Positions 1-8,024 of a stretch of 38,267 nt of DNA are shown here, in pieces. The position numbers and the translations under genes are program-made. The stretch is from a virus, in the IMG/VR virus record IMGVR_UViG_3300025896_000012, positions 1 to 38,267 of that record; one strand, given 5' to 3'. Position 1 is the first letter of the stretch. The number at the start of each line of letters is the position of its first letter. The notes under the pieces are model-generated. The model ran no database searches and had not been told where the DNA came from. It saw only the letters and a list, made by a program, of their open reading frames with translations.

Positions 1-127
1 CTAGCCAGACAGTAGAATGCTCACCAAGCAACGCTGTAGCAGAAATAGCTGCAAAACTACAAGCTTACCAGGCGGAATATGAAAAAAGTCAAGATTTAGA
101 AGTAGGAATGGAGATTAGCTAGTGGCA
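1..127. repeat. Terminal direct repeat, exact copy of 38141..38267; contig closes on itself (unique length 38,140 bp)
   Basis: Bases 1-127 (ctagccagacagtagaatgc...gagattagctagtggca) recur verbatim as the last 127 bases. 127 is a common assembler k-mer, so an assembly overlap of a circular or circularly permuted genome is the simplest reading. Confidence 0.9.
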
Positions 128-2551
128 ATGCAGACCTGGAACGGTACTAATTATGACACTATGCTCGGTAGTGCGACTATCACCGCAACAACCGCAGGTC
201 TGACATTAGCTGGTATTACTTCATCAGGTGTAACAGCTCCGAACTTAGTCAATAAGATTACAGGCGTATGGATATGTATATCAACACTCCCTGCCAACGG
301 TGGTAACATCACCGCTGAAATCATGGAGTCTGGTGTATCGAAGGCTACTGCTACCATCAACCTGGCCGATGCTCAGTTGGGTATGAACTACTTCCGCTTT
401 GCCACGCCGTATCAGTTCGCCACTCTCACAGCCTCGGCCTATACTTGCAGGCTCAAGAATACTGTCGGTTCGTCTGGTAATGTCCGTACCGCAGCTTCAG
501 GCTTATGGTTCCAATTTACTTATGACACCGCAGGGGCATTAGGGGCTTCAGATGACCTATGGATAGGGGGGTTTAATGATGCTGGTCTCACCGCCAAGAC
601 TTGCACTTTATCAGGCACAGCTAACACCTTCGGTTCAAAAGCTGCTACAAGTATCGGTTCGACCGCTCAGACTATGGGTGCAGCCCTTACAATCGGTTCA
701 GGTGGCACATTCAAACACGATACCGCAGCTAACTGTACAACCACTCTAAAAGGTAGTGTATGGGTAACAGCAGGAGGTGTCTTTGACATACGAGGTTCAG
801 CTACTAAGACTATTATTTCAACATTCATTATTGACTCAACAGCCAACGGCGACCAGGGTATATTCACTGGTGTAACGTCTTACGGTGGTCAGATACTTAC
901 TACGGGAGCAACTTGTGATGTTTACACAACCTACGCCTCTGGTCTAGGTACGGCAGCCAGTCCACTCATTACTCAAACAGCTTGGGATGCTCAGGTTGGA
1001 GACGAGATTGTACTTGGTGGTGCTACGGATTACTTAAAGAATGAGACTCGGTTTATCATAACCCGAAACTCTAGTACCTCATTCGTGCTGAGTAACACGG
1101 CTGGGGGTGCCGAAGCTGCACTAACCCAAACTCACGCAGTCGGTTCATACATGAATAACCTAACCCGAAACGTAGTAATAAAGGCTCTAACCAACACGAG
1201 AGGCTGGTGGATAAACAACTCCTCTAGCGTAAACTCATCTTTCGATTACACAAGAATGGAGTATAGTGACTCTAGCTCTGGTAAATCACTCACACTCACA
1301 CCATCTAGCCTCTCCACATTCGATGGGTTAGTTTTGTACCAAGCCTCAATTACTGGTCGTGGTTGTCTCTTGCTTAGACAGAACGATGCTACAGCCCAAA
1401 CTCACACAGGTATCACGCTATACAACATGGGAGGTTTAAACTATGTTGCTCAGTCAGGGATAAGCTTCTCTGGTTCAAGTAATAAGACCATGAACTACTG
1501 TTTCCAGTACAACGCCCCATCTAGTACGTTCTCGTGTGCCTTGTTCTCTTACGGTGCATCGTCAACTTCCAATGTGATGAATAACTGCCACTCTTACGGA
1601 GGCAATGCAGTAAACTCATCTGCTGGATATGTAATTGGTATCTTTGCCTCTAATGCAAATACATTCAATAACTGTACGGTAAACGGTGCCAGACAGAACG
1701 CAGTCTATCTTGCCACCGCTTCGGGTAACGTGTTCAACAACTGTAACTTTGGTACTATCGGTAGCAACGTAATTGACATGACCGCACTTACAGGTACACT
1801 TAACCAAAACTACTTTAACACCTGTACGTTCGGTTCATCTACACTTCACTCAAACTACCTTAACCAGCTCGATACCAGCATAGCTAAGTTTCAGAATATG
1901 GATGGTAACACCTCTAAACACCGCTGGTACACCAATAAGGGTTCTTGGTGGAGTGCTGGAGCTGGGCTAACAGATACAACTGTTCGTACTGCCTCGTCAT
2001 TATCTCTAGTAAGTAAACCAGAAAACGCTACGACTGGCTCTAGCTGGACATTTAAGATACCTGCCAATCCGACTTCTAACGTGGGTATATTCGGCTATGT
2101 ATACAGAAATGCTACTTTTTCAAGCGGTACATTAAAGGTAGAGTTATTCTTACCAGGTACTTTACTAACAGCCACACCAGATGATACTTACACGTTTGCG
2201 ACAACTACAGGTTCTTGGCTACCGTTCAACATCTCAGCATACTATTCAGGTACGGATTCTCGCTACGCTACAGTAAGAATCACAGGTGTAACTGCTACGG
2301 CAGGGGCATATTTCTTTGTAGACGACTTATATGATGCTGGAACAGGTAATAAGGTGGCTGGTTTTGACCTTTGGGAAGAGGGTCAACCATCGCAGATTAT
2401 GGTTGTAACCGACTTCAGTTCTGCTGTGCCTGTACTCGCTGCTGCTACTACGACAGCGGTATGGTCAGATACTACGACTTATGGGACTGGCACTAAAGGC
2501 AAAACCCTCAAAGACGCTAACGACAACGCAGAATTGGCATCGGTAACCTAG
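122..2551 (+). CDS. Tail spike / tail fibre protein with right-handed parallel beta-helix (pectate-lyase-like) core
   Basis: 809-aa S/T/G/A/N-rich ORF. Repeated units carry NNC signatures (NNCHSYGGNAV, FNNCTVNGARQNAVYL, GNVFNNCNFG) typical of PbH1 beta-helix depolymerases. GTG 122 overlaps the upstream stop (TAGTG); an in-frame ATG lies at 128. Confidence 0.7.
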   Translation: MAMQTWNGTNYDTMLGSATITATTAGLTLAGITSSGVTAPNLVNKITGVWICISTLPANGGNITAEIMESGVSKATATINLADAQLGMNYFRFATPYQFATLTASAYTCRLKNTVGSSGNVRTAASGLWFQFTYDTAGALGASDDLWIGGFNDAGLTAKTCTLSGTANTFGSKAATSIGSTAQTMGAALTIGSGGTFKHDTAANCTTTLKGSVWVTAGGVFDIRGSATKTIISTFIIDSTANGDQGIFTGVTSYGGQILTTGATCDVYTTYASGLGTAASPLITQTAWDAQVGDEIVLGGATDYLKNETRFIITRNSSTSFVLSNTAGGAEAALTQTHAVGSYMNNLTRNVVIKALTNTRGWWINNSSSVNSSFDYTRMEYSDSSSGKSLTLTPSSLSTFDGLVLYQASITGRGCLLLRQNDATAQTHTGITLYNMGGLNYVAQSGISFSGSSNKTMNYCFQYNAPSSTFSCALFSYGASSTSNVMNNCHSYGGNAVNSSAGYVIGIFASNANTFNNCTVNGARQNAVYLATASGNVFNNCNFGTIGSNVIDMTALTGTLNQNYFNTCTFGSSTLHSNYLNQLDTSIAKFQNMDGNTSKHRWYTNKGSWWSAGAGLTDTTVRTASSLSLVSKPENATTGSSWTFKIPANPTSNVGIFGYVYRNATFSSGTLKVELFLPGTLLTATPDDTYTFATTTGSWLPFNISAYYSGTDSRYATVRITGVTATAGAYFFVDDLYDAGTGNKVAGFDLWEEGQPSQIMVVTDFSSAVPVLAAATTTAVWSDTTTYGTGTKGKTLKDANDNAELASVT

Positions 2552-2553
2552 CG

Positions 2554-2562
2554 TGTTATAAT
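2554..2562 (+). promoter_or_regulatory. Extended -10-like element TGtTATAAT
   Basis: gcgTGtTATAATgcgg lies directly after the tail spike stop, 26 nt upstream of ATG 2589. It belongs to the TG-n-TATAAT family listed in the findings. Confidence 0.3.
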
Positions 2563-2588
2563 GCGGTTATGATAATAAGAGGCAGCTT

Positions 2589-2726
2589 ATGAAAACTATT
2601 GAACCGCTAGATTGGGAAGTTATAAATGCTCAGCTAATGGGGAGACCATTAGAAGAAGCTACCCAGATATTTTGTAAACTTATCACTGATAAAGTGAATG
2701 AAGTGGTTGAGGCTTCTAATGACTAG
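2589..2726 (+). CDS. Small hypothetical protein (45 aa)
   Basis: Hand-translated as MKTIEPLDWEVINAQLMGRPLEEATQIFCKLITDKVNEVVEASND. AAGAGG lies 6 nt upstream. Its stop overlaps ATG 2719 (ATGACTAG). Below the size cut-off of the ORF track. Confidence 0.35.
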   Translation: MKTIEPLDWEVINAQLMGRPLEEATQIFCKLITDKVNEVVEASND

Positions 2727-3063
2727 TCAAGAAATCTTAGAAAAAGCTATACAGAAGGCTATTGATAACGGGTGGGACTGGAAAGATTTTCAATGTCGAG
2801 GGTATTTCCCCAATTATCTTGAAGGTGATGCGGTAGTAAAACATATTGCCGAGACTATGCTTGATATGAGATTGTATAGCCTTATATTCAGCCACGACTT
2901 CGCCAAAGCATTATGGGGAGAATCTACAGATTACACGAAGGTTGTGACGAACTACCCCGATACACCGCCTTTGGTCACACTATGGCAGAATGGGTACAAG
3001 TACCACCTACAACAAATGGTAATATCAGATAACCGACTAGAGTATTTAGGCCAGCACATATGA
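2698..3063 (+). CDS. Hypothetical protein (121 aa; alternative start ATG 2719)
   Basis: Long ORF with an ATGA overlap into the next gene at 3060. No motif recognised. Confidence 0.6.
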   Translation: MKWLRLLMTSQEILEKAIQKAIDNGWDWKDFQCRGYFPNYLEGDAVVKHIAETMLDMRLYSLIFSHDFAKALWGESTDYTKVVTNYPDTPPLVTLWQNGYKYHLQQMVISDNRLEYLGQHI

Positions 3064-4148
3064 AAATTCTAGCAATTCATAGTTCTCTGTCTGAGGATCA
3101 AAACAAACGATCAGCAGTCGATATGTGGAGAATATACCGACCACTTCAAGAACTAGCCAAGCACACAAATTGGCAAATAGATCACCAGCCAACCTTTATT
3201 AAAGGTATCGAGAAATACAAGAACGCCAATGAGTTTACCGAAGAAGAACTAGAAAAAGCTTTCAAGACTATTTGTGAGTACGATATAGTCTTTTCTTCAT
3301 ATCACGCAGATCCTACAGCTTTTAGTATGCTTAAAGTGGCTAGAGATCGTGCCGGTACACAGTTTATTATGGATGTCGATGATGACATGTTCTCAGTCAA
3401 TCCCGATAATCCGTTTTGGGTGAAGATGACAGATGAGAAGTGTTATTGGATGCAATGTATGATTCGAGATAACGATTGGATCTCTACAACTACAGAAGAT
3501 CTTGCTAGAGTATTTAGGTTAAGACGCAAGCGCCCAGTAAATACTACGTTTGTGAACCCTAACTTCATAACAGACGAGTACAAAAGAAAGCCTTTTAAGA
3601 ATAAAGACGTAGTTATTGGTTACTTTGGCGGATCGTCACACTACCAAGATCTACATGAAACAGGCGTAGCAGAAGCTATTGAAAAGTTAATGCACGAGAA
3701 TAAGAACCTACGCTTTAAAGCCGTTGGTATGCCACTTGACAAGTATGTGCCTAGAAAACGCTATGAGTTTGTACAGGGTAAACGTGGTGACGGCTGGATA
3801 AAAGAACTTCACCCTAACCTTGCTATGGATATTGCTATAGCTCCACTTCACGATAATATATTCAATCATGGCAAGTCTAACATTAAATGGCAAGAAGCTA
3901 CACGAGCTGGGGCTGCACTCGTAGCATCAAATATAGGCCCGTACAGCCATCTAAAACGTGGAGTAGCTAAACTAGTCGATAATAATACTGAAAGCTGGTA
4001 CAAGGCCTTAAAAGAGCTTGTAGATAGCAAAGAATCACGTGACCAAATGCTAGAAATCGCTACTAAGGAGCTTGAGAACTACCGCTTAGAGAATAACTGG
4101 ACTTACTACAAAAATATGTTTGAAAAAGTAATGGAGGCAAAGAAATGA
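3060..4148 (+). CDS. Putative glycosyltransferase (acidic DxD-type motif, GT-B-like C-terminal half)
   Basis: 362 aa. Contains IMDVDDDMF, and the C-terminal KSNIKWQEATRAGAALVASNIGPY resembles the sugar-nucleotide-binding end of GT1-type enzymes. Clustered with two GT-A-like genes and a sugar dehydrogenase. Confidence 0.5.
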   Translation: MKILAIHSSLSEDQNKRSAVDMWRIYRPLQELAKHTNWQIDHQPTFIKGIEKYKNANEFTEEELEKAFKTICEYDIVFSSYHADPTAFSMLKVARDRAGTQFIMDVDDDMFSVNPDNPFWVKMTDEKCYWMQCMIRDNDWISTTTEDLARVFRLRRKRPVNTTFVNPNFITDEYKRKPFKNKDVVIGYFGGSSHYQDLHETGVAEAIEKLMHENKNLRFKAVGMPLDKYVPRKRYEFVQGKRGDGWIKELHPNLAMDIAIAPLHDNIFNHGKSNIKWQEATRAGAALVASNIGPYSHLKRGVAKLVDNNTESWYKALKELVDSKESRDQMLEIATKELENYRLENNWTYYKNMFEKVMEAKK

Positions 4149-4285
4149 AAAGATTGCTGACGTTGTGGTTTATCAGGAGCATTAGCAAGAGTATGAGTAA
4201 GTATACAAACACATCAGGTGATAGGATCTTACATATGCTTTATATAGAATTTGAAGATCTACATTTTAGAGGAGGGAAGAAATGA
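4145..4285 (+). CDS. Small hypothetical protein (46 aa), translationally coupled on both sides
   Basis: ATGA overlap with the stop of 3060..4148, and ATGA overlap with the start of 4282..4485. Hand-translated as MKRLLTLWFIRSISKSMSKYTNTSGDRILHMLYIEFEDLHFRGGKK. Confidence 0.3.
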   Translation: MKRLLTLWFIRSISKSMSKYTNTSGDRILHMLYIEFEDLHFRGGKK

Positions 4286-4485
4286 CATTACCTTGGGGAT
4301 CAGGTGTTTACTTTGACAAGAATAAACAGCTTTACCATGCTAGAATCTACCGTAAAGGGCGCAACTTTCATATTGGTAGATACCCCACTATAGAAGAAGC
4401 CATTAGCGAACGTAATAAATACAAGGAGATGTTAGATGCAAACAATCAAACCAGCAAGCAATCAGCTATTCTGCAAACCAGATGA
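4282..4485 (+). CDS. AP2-domain DNA-binding protein (stand-alone AP2 of the kind attached to phage homing endonucleases)
   Basis: GVYFDKNKQLYHARIYRKGRNFHIGRYPTIEEAISERNKY fits the AP2 pattern GV..........A.I...G....LG.F.T.EEA. GGAGGG lies upstream. Confidence 0.55.
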   Translation: MTLPWGSGVYFDKNKQLYHARIYRKGRNFHIGRYPTIEEAISERNKYKEMLDANNQTSKQSAILQTR

Positions 4486-4711
4486 AGTAGAAACTATGAC
4501 AAAATCAGGCTTTTTTATAGAGGCTAAATCTGCAGAAAAGCCCCAAACAGCAAATGTCATAAATGTTGGCTCTGAAGTAAAGGGATTCGCACAAGAAGAT
4601 CGCATAGTCTACAAGCCATACGCTACAGTTGACGTTAAACTCGATGGTGTTAAGTATTTTCTGATTGACCAGTCAGATGTGCTAGGGACTGTGGTAGATG
4701 TCAAAGCCTAA
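4436..4711 (+). CDS. groES: GroES-like co-chaperonin (Cpn10)
   Basis: 91 aa. IKPASNQLFCKPDEVETMTKSGFFIEAKSAEKPQTANVINVG aligns by eye with E. coli GroES [42 protein letters not shown]. The C-terminal VKLDGVKYFLIDQSDVLGTV matches the ...ILAIV end. AAGGAG lies 6 nt upstream. Confidence 0.75.
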   Translation: MQTIKPASNQLFCKPDEVETMTKSGFFIEAKSAEKPQTANVINVGSEVKGFAQEDRIVYKPYATVDVKLDGVKYFLIDQSDVLGTVVDVKA

Positions 4712-5468
4712 GATTGGCTTGGGCATATGTTCTTATAACAGACCAGATTATTTAGTGCAATCTATCAAGGGTGTTGAAACTAATCTTTTAGACGTTGTTG
4801 ATTCAGTCTGGATATACAACGATGGTAGTGATAAATATCACAAGTCTGCTTATCAACAGCTTTACAATAAATTACCAAAGGCTATTAGATACCGGCACGC
4901 TCTTAAGAACAAGGGTGTAGCATACGCAAAGAATTGGCTACTTAGAAAGCTTATTAGCGAGGGCTGTGATTATATTTTTTTGCTAGAAGAAGATATAATA
5001 ATTGATTCACCAAAAGCCGTAACTGAATATGTTAGACTTTCAGAACTATCGGGCATAGAACATATGATGTTTGCCCACCACGGACAAGCTAATGTCGGAA
5101 TGCTATACGCTAGTAGTAAGGGAATTGATTTGTATACTGCTGCAGTTGGGGCGTGGTGTATGTACACTAAAAACGCTATTGAAGTATGTGGGTACTTTGA
5201 TGAGAATATGTTTAATGCTATGGAGCATATTGAGCATACCTATCGCATACAAAAAGCAGGATTATGCACACCTTATCCACTGTACCCCGATCTTACGAAG
5301 TCACGAGAATACATGCACGAGATACCAGGCTCTATAGATAATAGCTCGATTAGACCACGGCAAGATTGGCAAGTAAATATACTTAAAGCTCTGTTATACT
5401 GGCAGAAAAAGGATAAAGACTTTCCGTTACAAAGAATGATTGATAAGATTATGGAACAAAATGTATAA
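4698..5468 (+). CDS. Family-2-like (GT-A fold) glycosyltransferase
   Basis: N-terminal GLGICSYNRPDYLVQSI matches the GT2 pattern xxxPxYNxxxxL. The acidic motif FLLEEDIII sits in the DxD position. 256 aa. Confidence 0.65.
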   Translation: MSKPKIGLGICSYNRPDYLVQSIKGVETNLLDVVDSVWIYNDGSDKYHKSAYQQLYNKLPKAIRYRHALKNKGVAYAKNWLLRKLISEGCDYIFLLEEDIIIDSPKAVTEYVRLSELSGIEHMMFAHHGQANVGMLYASSKGIDLYTAAVGAWCMYTKNAIEVCGYFDENMFNAMEHIEHTYRIQKAGLCTPYPLYPDLTKSREYMHEIPGSIDNSSIRPRQDWQVNILKALLYWQKKDKDFPLQRMIDKIMEQNV

Positions 5469-6138
5469 AATAGCTTTACTACTGCCTACCCGTAAACGCC
5501 CTGATAATTTAGTACGGTTTTATGAATCTGTTTCAGAAACCGCAGATGACCCAGAAAGCATACAGATTGTAACTTATATTGACAATGATGATAGCTCTTA
5601 TGATGATATTGAACTCCAAGACTTAATTAAAGTACGAGGTGATAGAGTTGTGCTGTCAGAGATGTGGAACAAATGTTATGAAAAATCAACTGCGCCAATA
5701 CTAGGTCATATGGGTGACGATATCATATTCAGAACTAAAGGCTGGGACACAATACTACTTAATACTTTTAAAGAATATAAAGATAATATTGTTTTCTTGT
5801 ATGGTGATGATGGCGGCCCTCATGTAGACTTTGGTACGCATGGATTTATACACAAAGACTGGGTTAAAGCCACTGGCTACTTTGTACCGCCTTACTTCTC
5901 ATCTGATTATAATGATACTTGGTTAAATGACGTAGCAAAGCTTGTTAATAGACACCGAAGAATAGATATTTACACCGAGCATATGCACCCCGCTTTCAAC
6001 AAAGCACCGCTTGACATTACCCACCAAGAACGCCTTACACGCCACCGTAACGATAAAGTAGATGAATTGTACCGATCTCCTAAAATGTACGAGGAGAGAG
6101 AAGATAACGCACGTAAACTTAGAAAGGTTATGAAATGA
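5461..6138 (+). CDS. GT-A-like glycosyltransferase-related protein
   Basis: KIALLLPTRKRPDNLVRFYESV, TYIDNDD and YGDDGG motifs. ATG 5461 overlaps the upstream stop (ATGTATAA); the track start at 5440 is in frame but less likely. Confidence 0.5.
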   Translation: MYKIALLLPTRKRPDNLVRFYESVSETADDPESIQIVTYIDNDDSSYDDIELQDLIKVRGDRVVLSEMWNKCYEKSTAPILGHMGDDIIFRTKGWDTILLNTFKEYKDNIVFLYGDDGGPHVDFGTHGFIHKDWVKATGYFVPPYFSSDYNDTWLNDVAKLVNRHRRIDIYTEHMHPAFNKAPLDITHQERLTRHRNDKVDELYRSPKMYEEREDNARKLRKVMK

Positions 6139-7358
6139 ACATAGGTGTACTAGGCGCTGGTAAGTTAGGATTGCCGGTAGCTTTAGCAATGGAGAGTAAA
6201 GGGCATACAGTACAAGTGTATGATGTCAATCCAGCCGTTGAAGGCTATTTTAATGGCGAACCATACCCACACCAAGAGGAGTATGTTGCAGATATGCTTC
6301 ACGACAGTCGAATCACTGTTGCTAAAAATGTGGGAGAGTTAGTTCTTGGTAAAGATATAGTATTCTGTGCTATTCAAACTCCCCACGAGCCAAGATTTGA
6401 AGGTACTACTCGACTGCCTGAAGATCGTGCAGATTTTGATTACACTTGGCTCAAAGACGCAGTAAGAGACGTAGTGGAAGCTTCAGACGGCAATACAACG
6501 CTTGCTGTTATAAGCACCTGTTTACCTGGCACATACGAGCGTGAAATAAAGCCTCTGTTATCAGATGATATTGATTATGTGTATAACCCACTTTATATAG
6601 CTATGGGAACAGTTATAGATGATTACTTGAACCCTGAATTTGTGCTTGTTGGTCAAGAAAGCCCTGAAGCGGCAGCTAAGCTACAAGAGTTTTACGGTAC
6701 TTTGCATGAAGCCCCTCATGTTGTGACAGATATCACAACGGCGGAAGGTATTAAAGTATCATACAATACATGGATCACCGCAAAAACAGTCCTTGCAAAC
6801 GCATGGGGCGAGATGTGTGAACGCATGGGAATGAATTTTGACGATATGTACAAAGCATGGACTCTTGCAAACCAACGCCTTATTAGCGCAAGGTATATGA
6901 AAGCTGGTAAATCTGACGGGGGTGGCTGCCATCCTAGAGATAATATAGCTATGTCTTGGCTCGCTGATGAGGCTGGTATGAGCCATAACATATGGGAAGA
7001 TTTAATGACAGCTAGAGAAGATTATGAAGATTGGCACGCTCGATTAGCTATCAAAGCAAGTAAAGAAAACGAGCTACCATTAGTTTTACTAGGTAAAAGC
7101 TTTAAACCAGAAACCAATATAGAGACTGGCTCGCCAGCTATACTTATGGCAAATATAATACGCAATGACTACGGTTACCCGATGCAACATCTTGATGAGC
7201 TAGACGGTATACCACAAAAAGCAGTCTACTTTATAGCCACACAGCACGAGAGGTATAAAGATATTCGTTTCCCCGTAGGTTCTATGGTGTATGATCCATT
7301 TAGATATATAGAAGATCAAGAGGGTGTTACAATTATTAGAATTGGTGGTAGAATATAA
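6135..7358 (+). CDS. Nucleotide-sugar dehydrogenase (UDP-glucose/GDP-mannose 6-dehydrogenase family)
   Basis: N-terminal Rossmann motif MNIGVLGAGKLGLPVALAM. Catalytic-Cys motif GGGCHPRD (family consensus GGxCxxKD). 407 aa. ATGA overlap with the upstream gene. Confidence 0.75.
   Translation: MNIGVLGAGKLGLPVALAMESKGHTVQVYDVNPAVEGYFNGEPYPHQEEYVADMLHDSRITVAKNVGELVLGKDIVFCAIQTPHEPRFEGTTRLPEDRADFDYTWLKDAVRDVVEASDGNTTLAVISTCLPGTYEREIKPLLSDDIDYVYNPLYIAMGTVIDDYLNPEFVLVGQESPEAAAKLQEFYGTLHEAPHVVTDITTAEGIKVSYNTWITAKTVLANAWGEMCERMGMNFDDMYKAWTLANQRLISARYMKAGKSDGGGCHPRDNIAMSWLADEAGMSHNIWEDLMTAREDYEDWHARLAIKASKENELPLVLLGKSFKPETNIETGSPAILMANIIRNDYGYPMQHLDELDGIPQKAVYFIATQHERYKDIRFPVGSMVYDPFRYIEDQEGVTIIRIGGRI
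7346..7354 (+). promoter_or_regulatory. Extended -10-like element TGgTAGAAT followed by the conserved AGGCGGG leader motif
   Basis: tTGgTAGAATataaacatacAGGCGGGCGAGGcactcgATG. Same layout as at 11391 and 32361. Confidence 0.35.
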
Positions 7359-7382
7359 ACATACAGGCGGGCGAGGCACTCG

Positions 7383-8024
7383 ATGGCTTACCAACTTAGC
7401 ACAATCGTATCTAAAGTTCAGCGCAGGATTAGAGATACTGGTTATTCTTCTTCTGAAATTACTGACTACATAAATGACACACAAAATGATGTGTTCAATG
7501 AGTACAAACTGCCGTTCATGCAAGCCACGCAAAACTACGCTACAGTAGCTAACGTGTCTGACTTAACTGATGGTTCTGGGCTGCCCACAAATTATGTTCA
7601 AGCTCTTGAAGTAACTAACTCAAGCAATAAAACACTTACATATTTTGATGTACGTGAACTTGATAATCTCAACACTAATAGCGAGACTAACCCCAGCGGT
7701 TGGTATTTCTTTGCAGATACAATCTATCTTTACCCTACCCCAACAAGCGTACAAACTTTGACTTTAAAGTATTATAAGAGACCTACAGAACTTACTGCAG
7801 ATGCTAGTGTGCCTGAAATACCAGCTGAATTTGAAGAACTACTTGTAGTAGGCGCTGCATATCGAGTAATGCAAGTTAAAGATAACTACGATCAAGCAGG
7901 AGTGCTACAGGCTAAATACGATGAAATTTTGCAGAAACTTGTTATGAAGTATAGTCGCCCACAAGTAGGTAAGCCATCTAATATGAGGATAAACCGCCGT
8001 GCCTTGGGCAAAACGAGTTACTAG
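7383..8024 (+). CDS. Virion structural protein, possibly head-tail adaptor
   Basis: 213-aa ORF opening the tail/neck block. Assigned by position only; no decisive motif. Confidence 0.45.
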   Translation: MAYQLSTIVSKVQRRIRDTGYSSSEITDYINDTQNDVFNEYKLPFMQATQNYATVANVSDLTDGSGLPTNYVQALEVTNSSNKTLTYFDVRELDNLNTNSETNPSGWYFFADTIYLYPTPTSVQTLTLKYYKRPTELTADASVPEIPAEFEELLVVGAAYRVMQVKDNYDQAGVLQAKYDEILQKLVMKYSRPQVGKPSNMRINRRALGKTSY

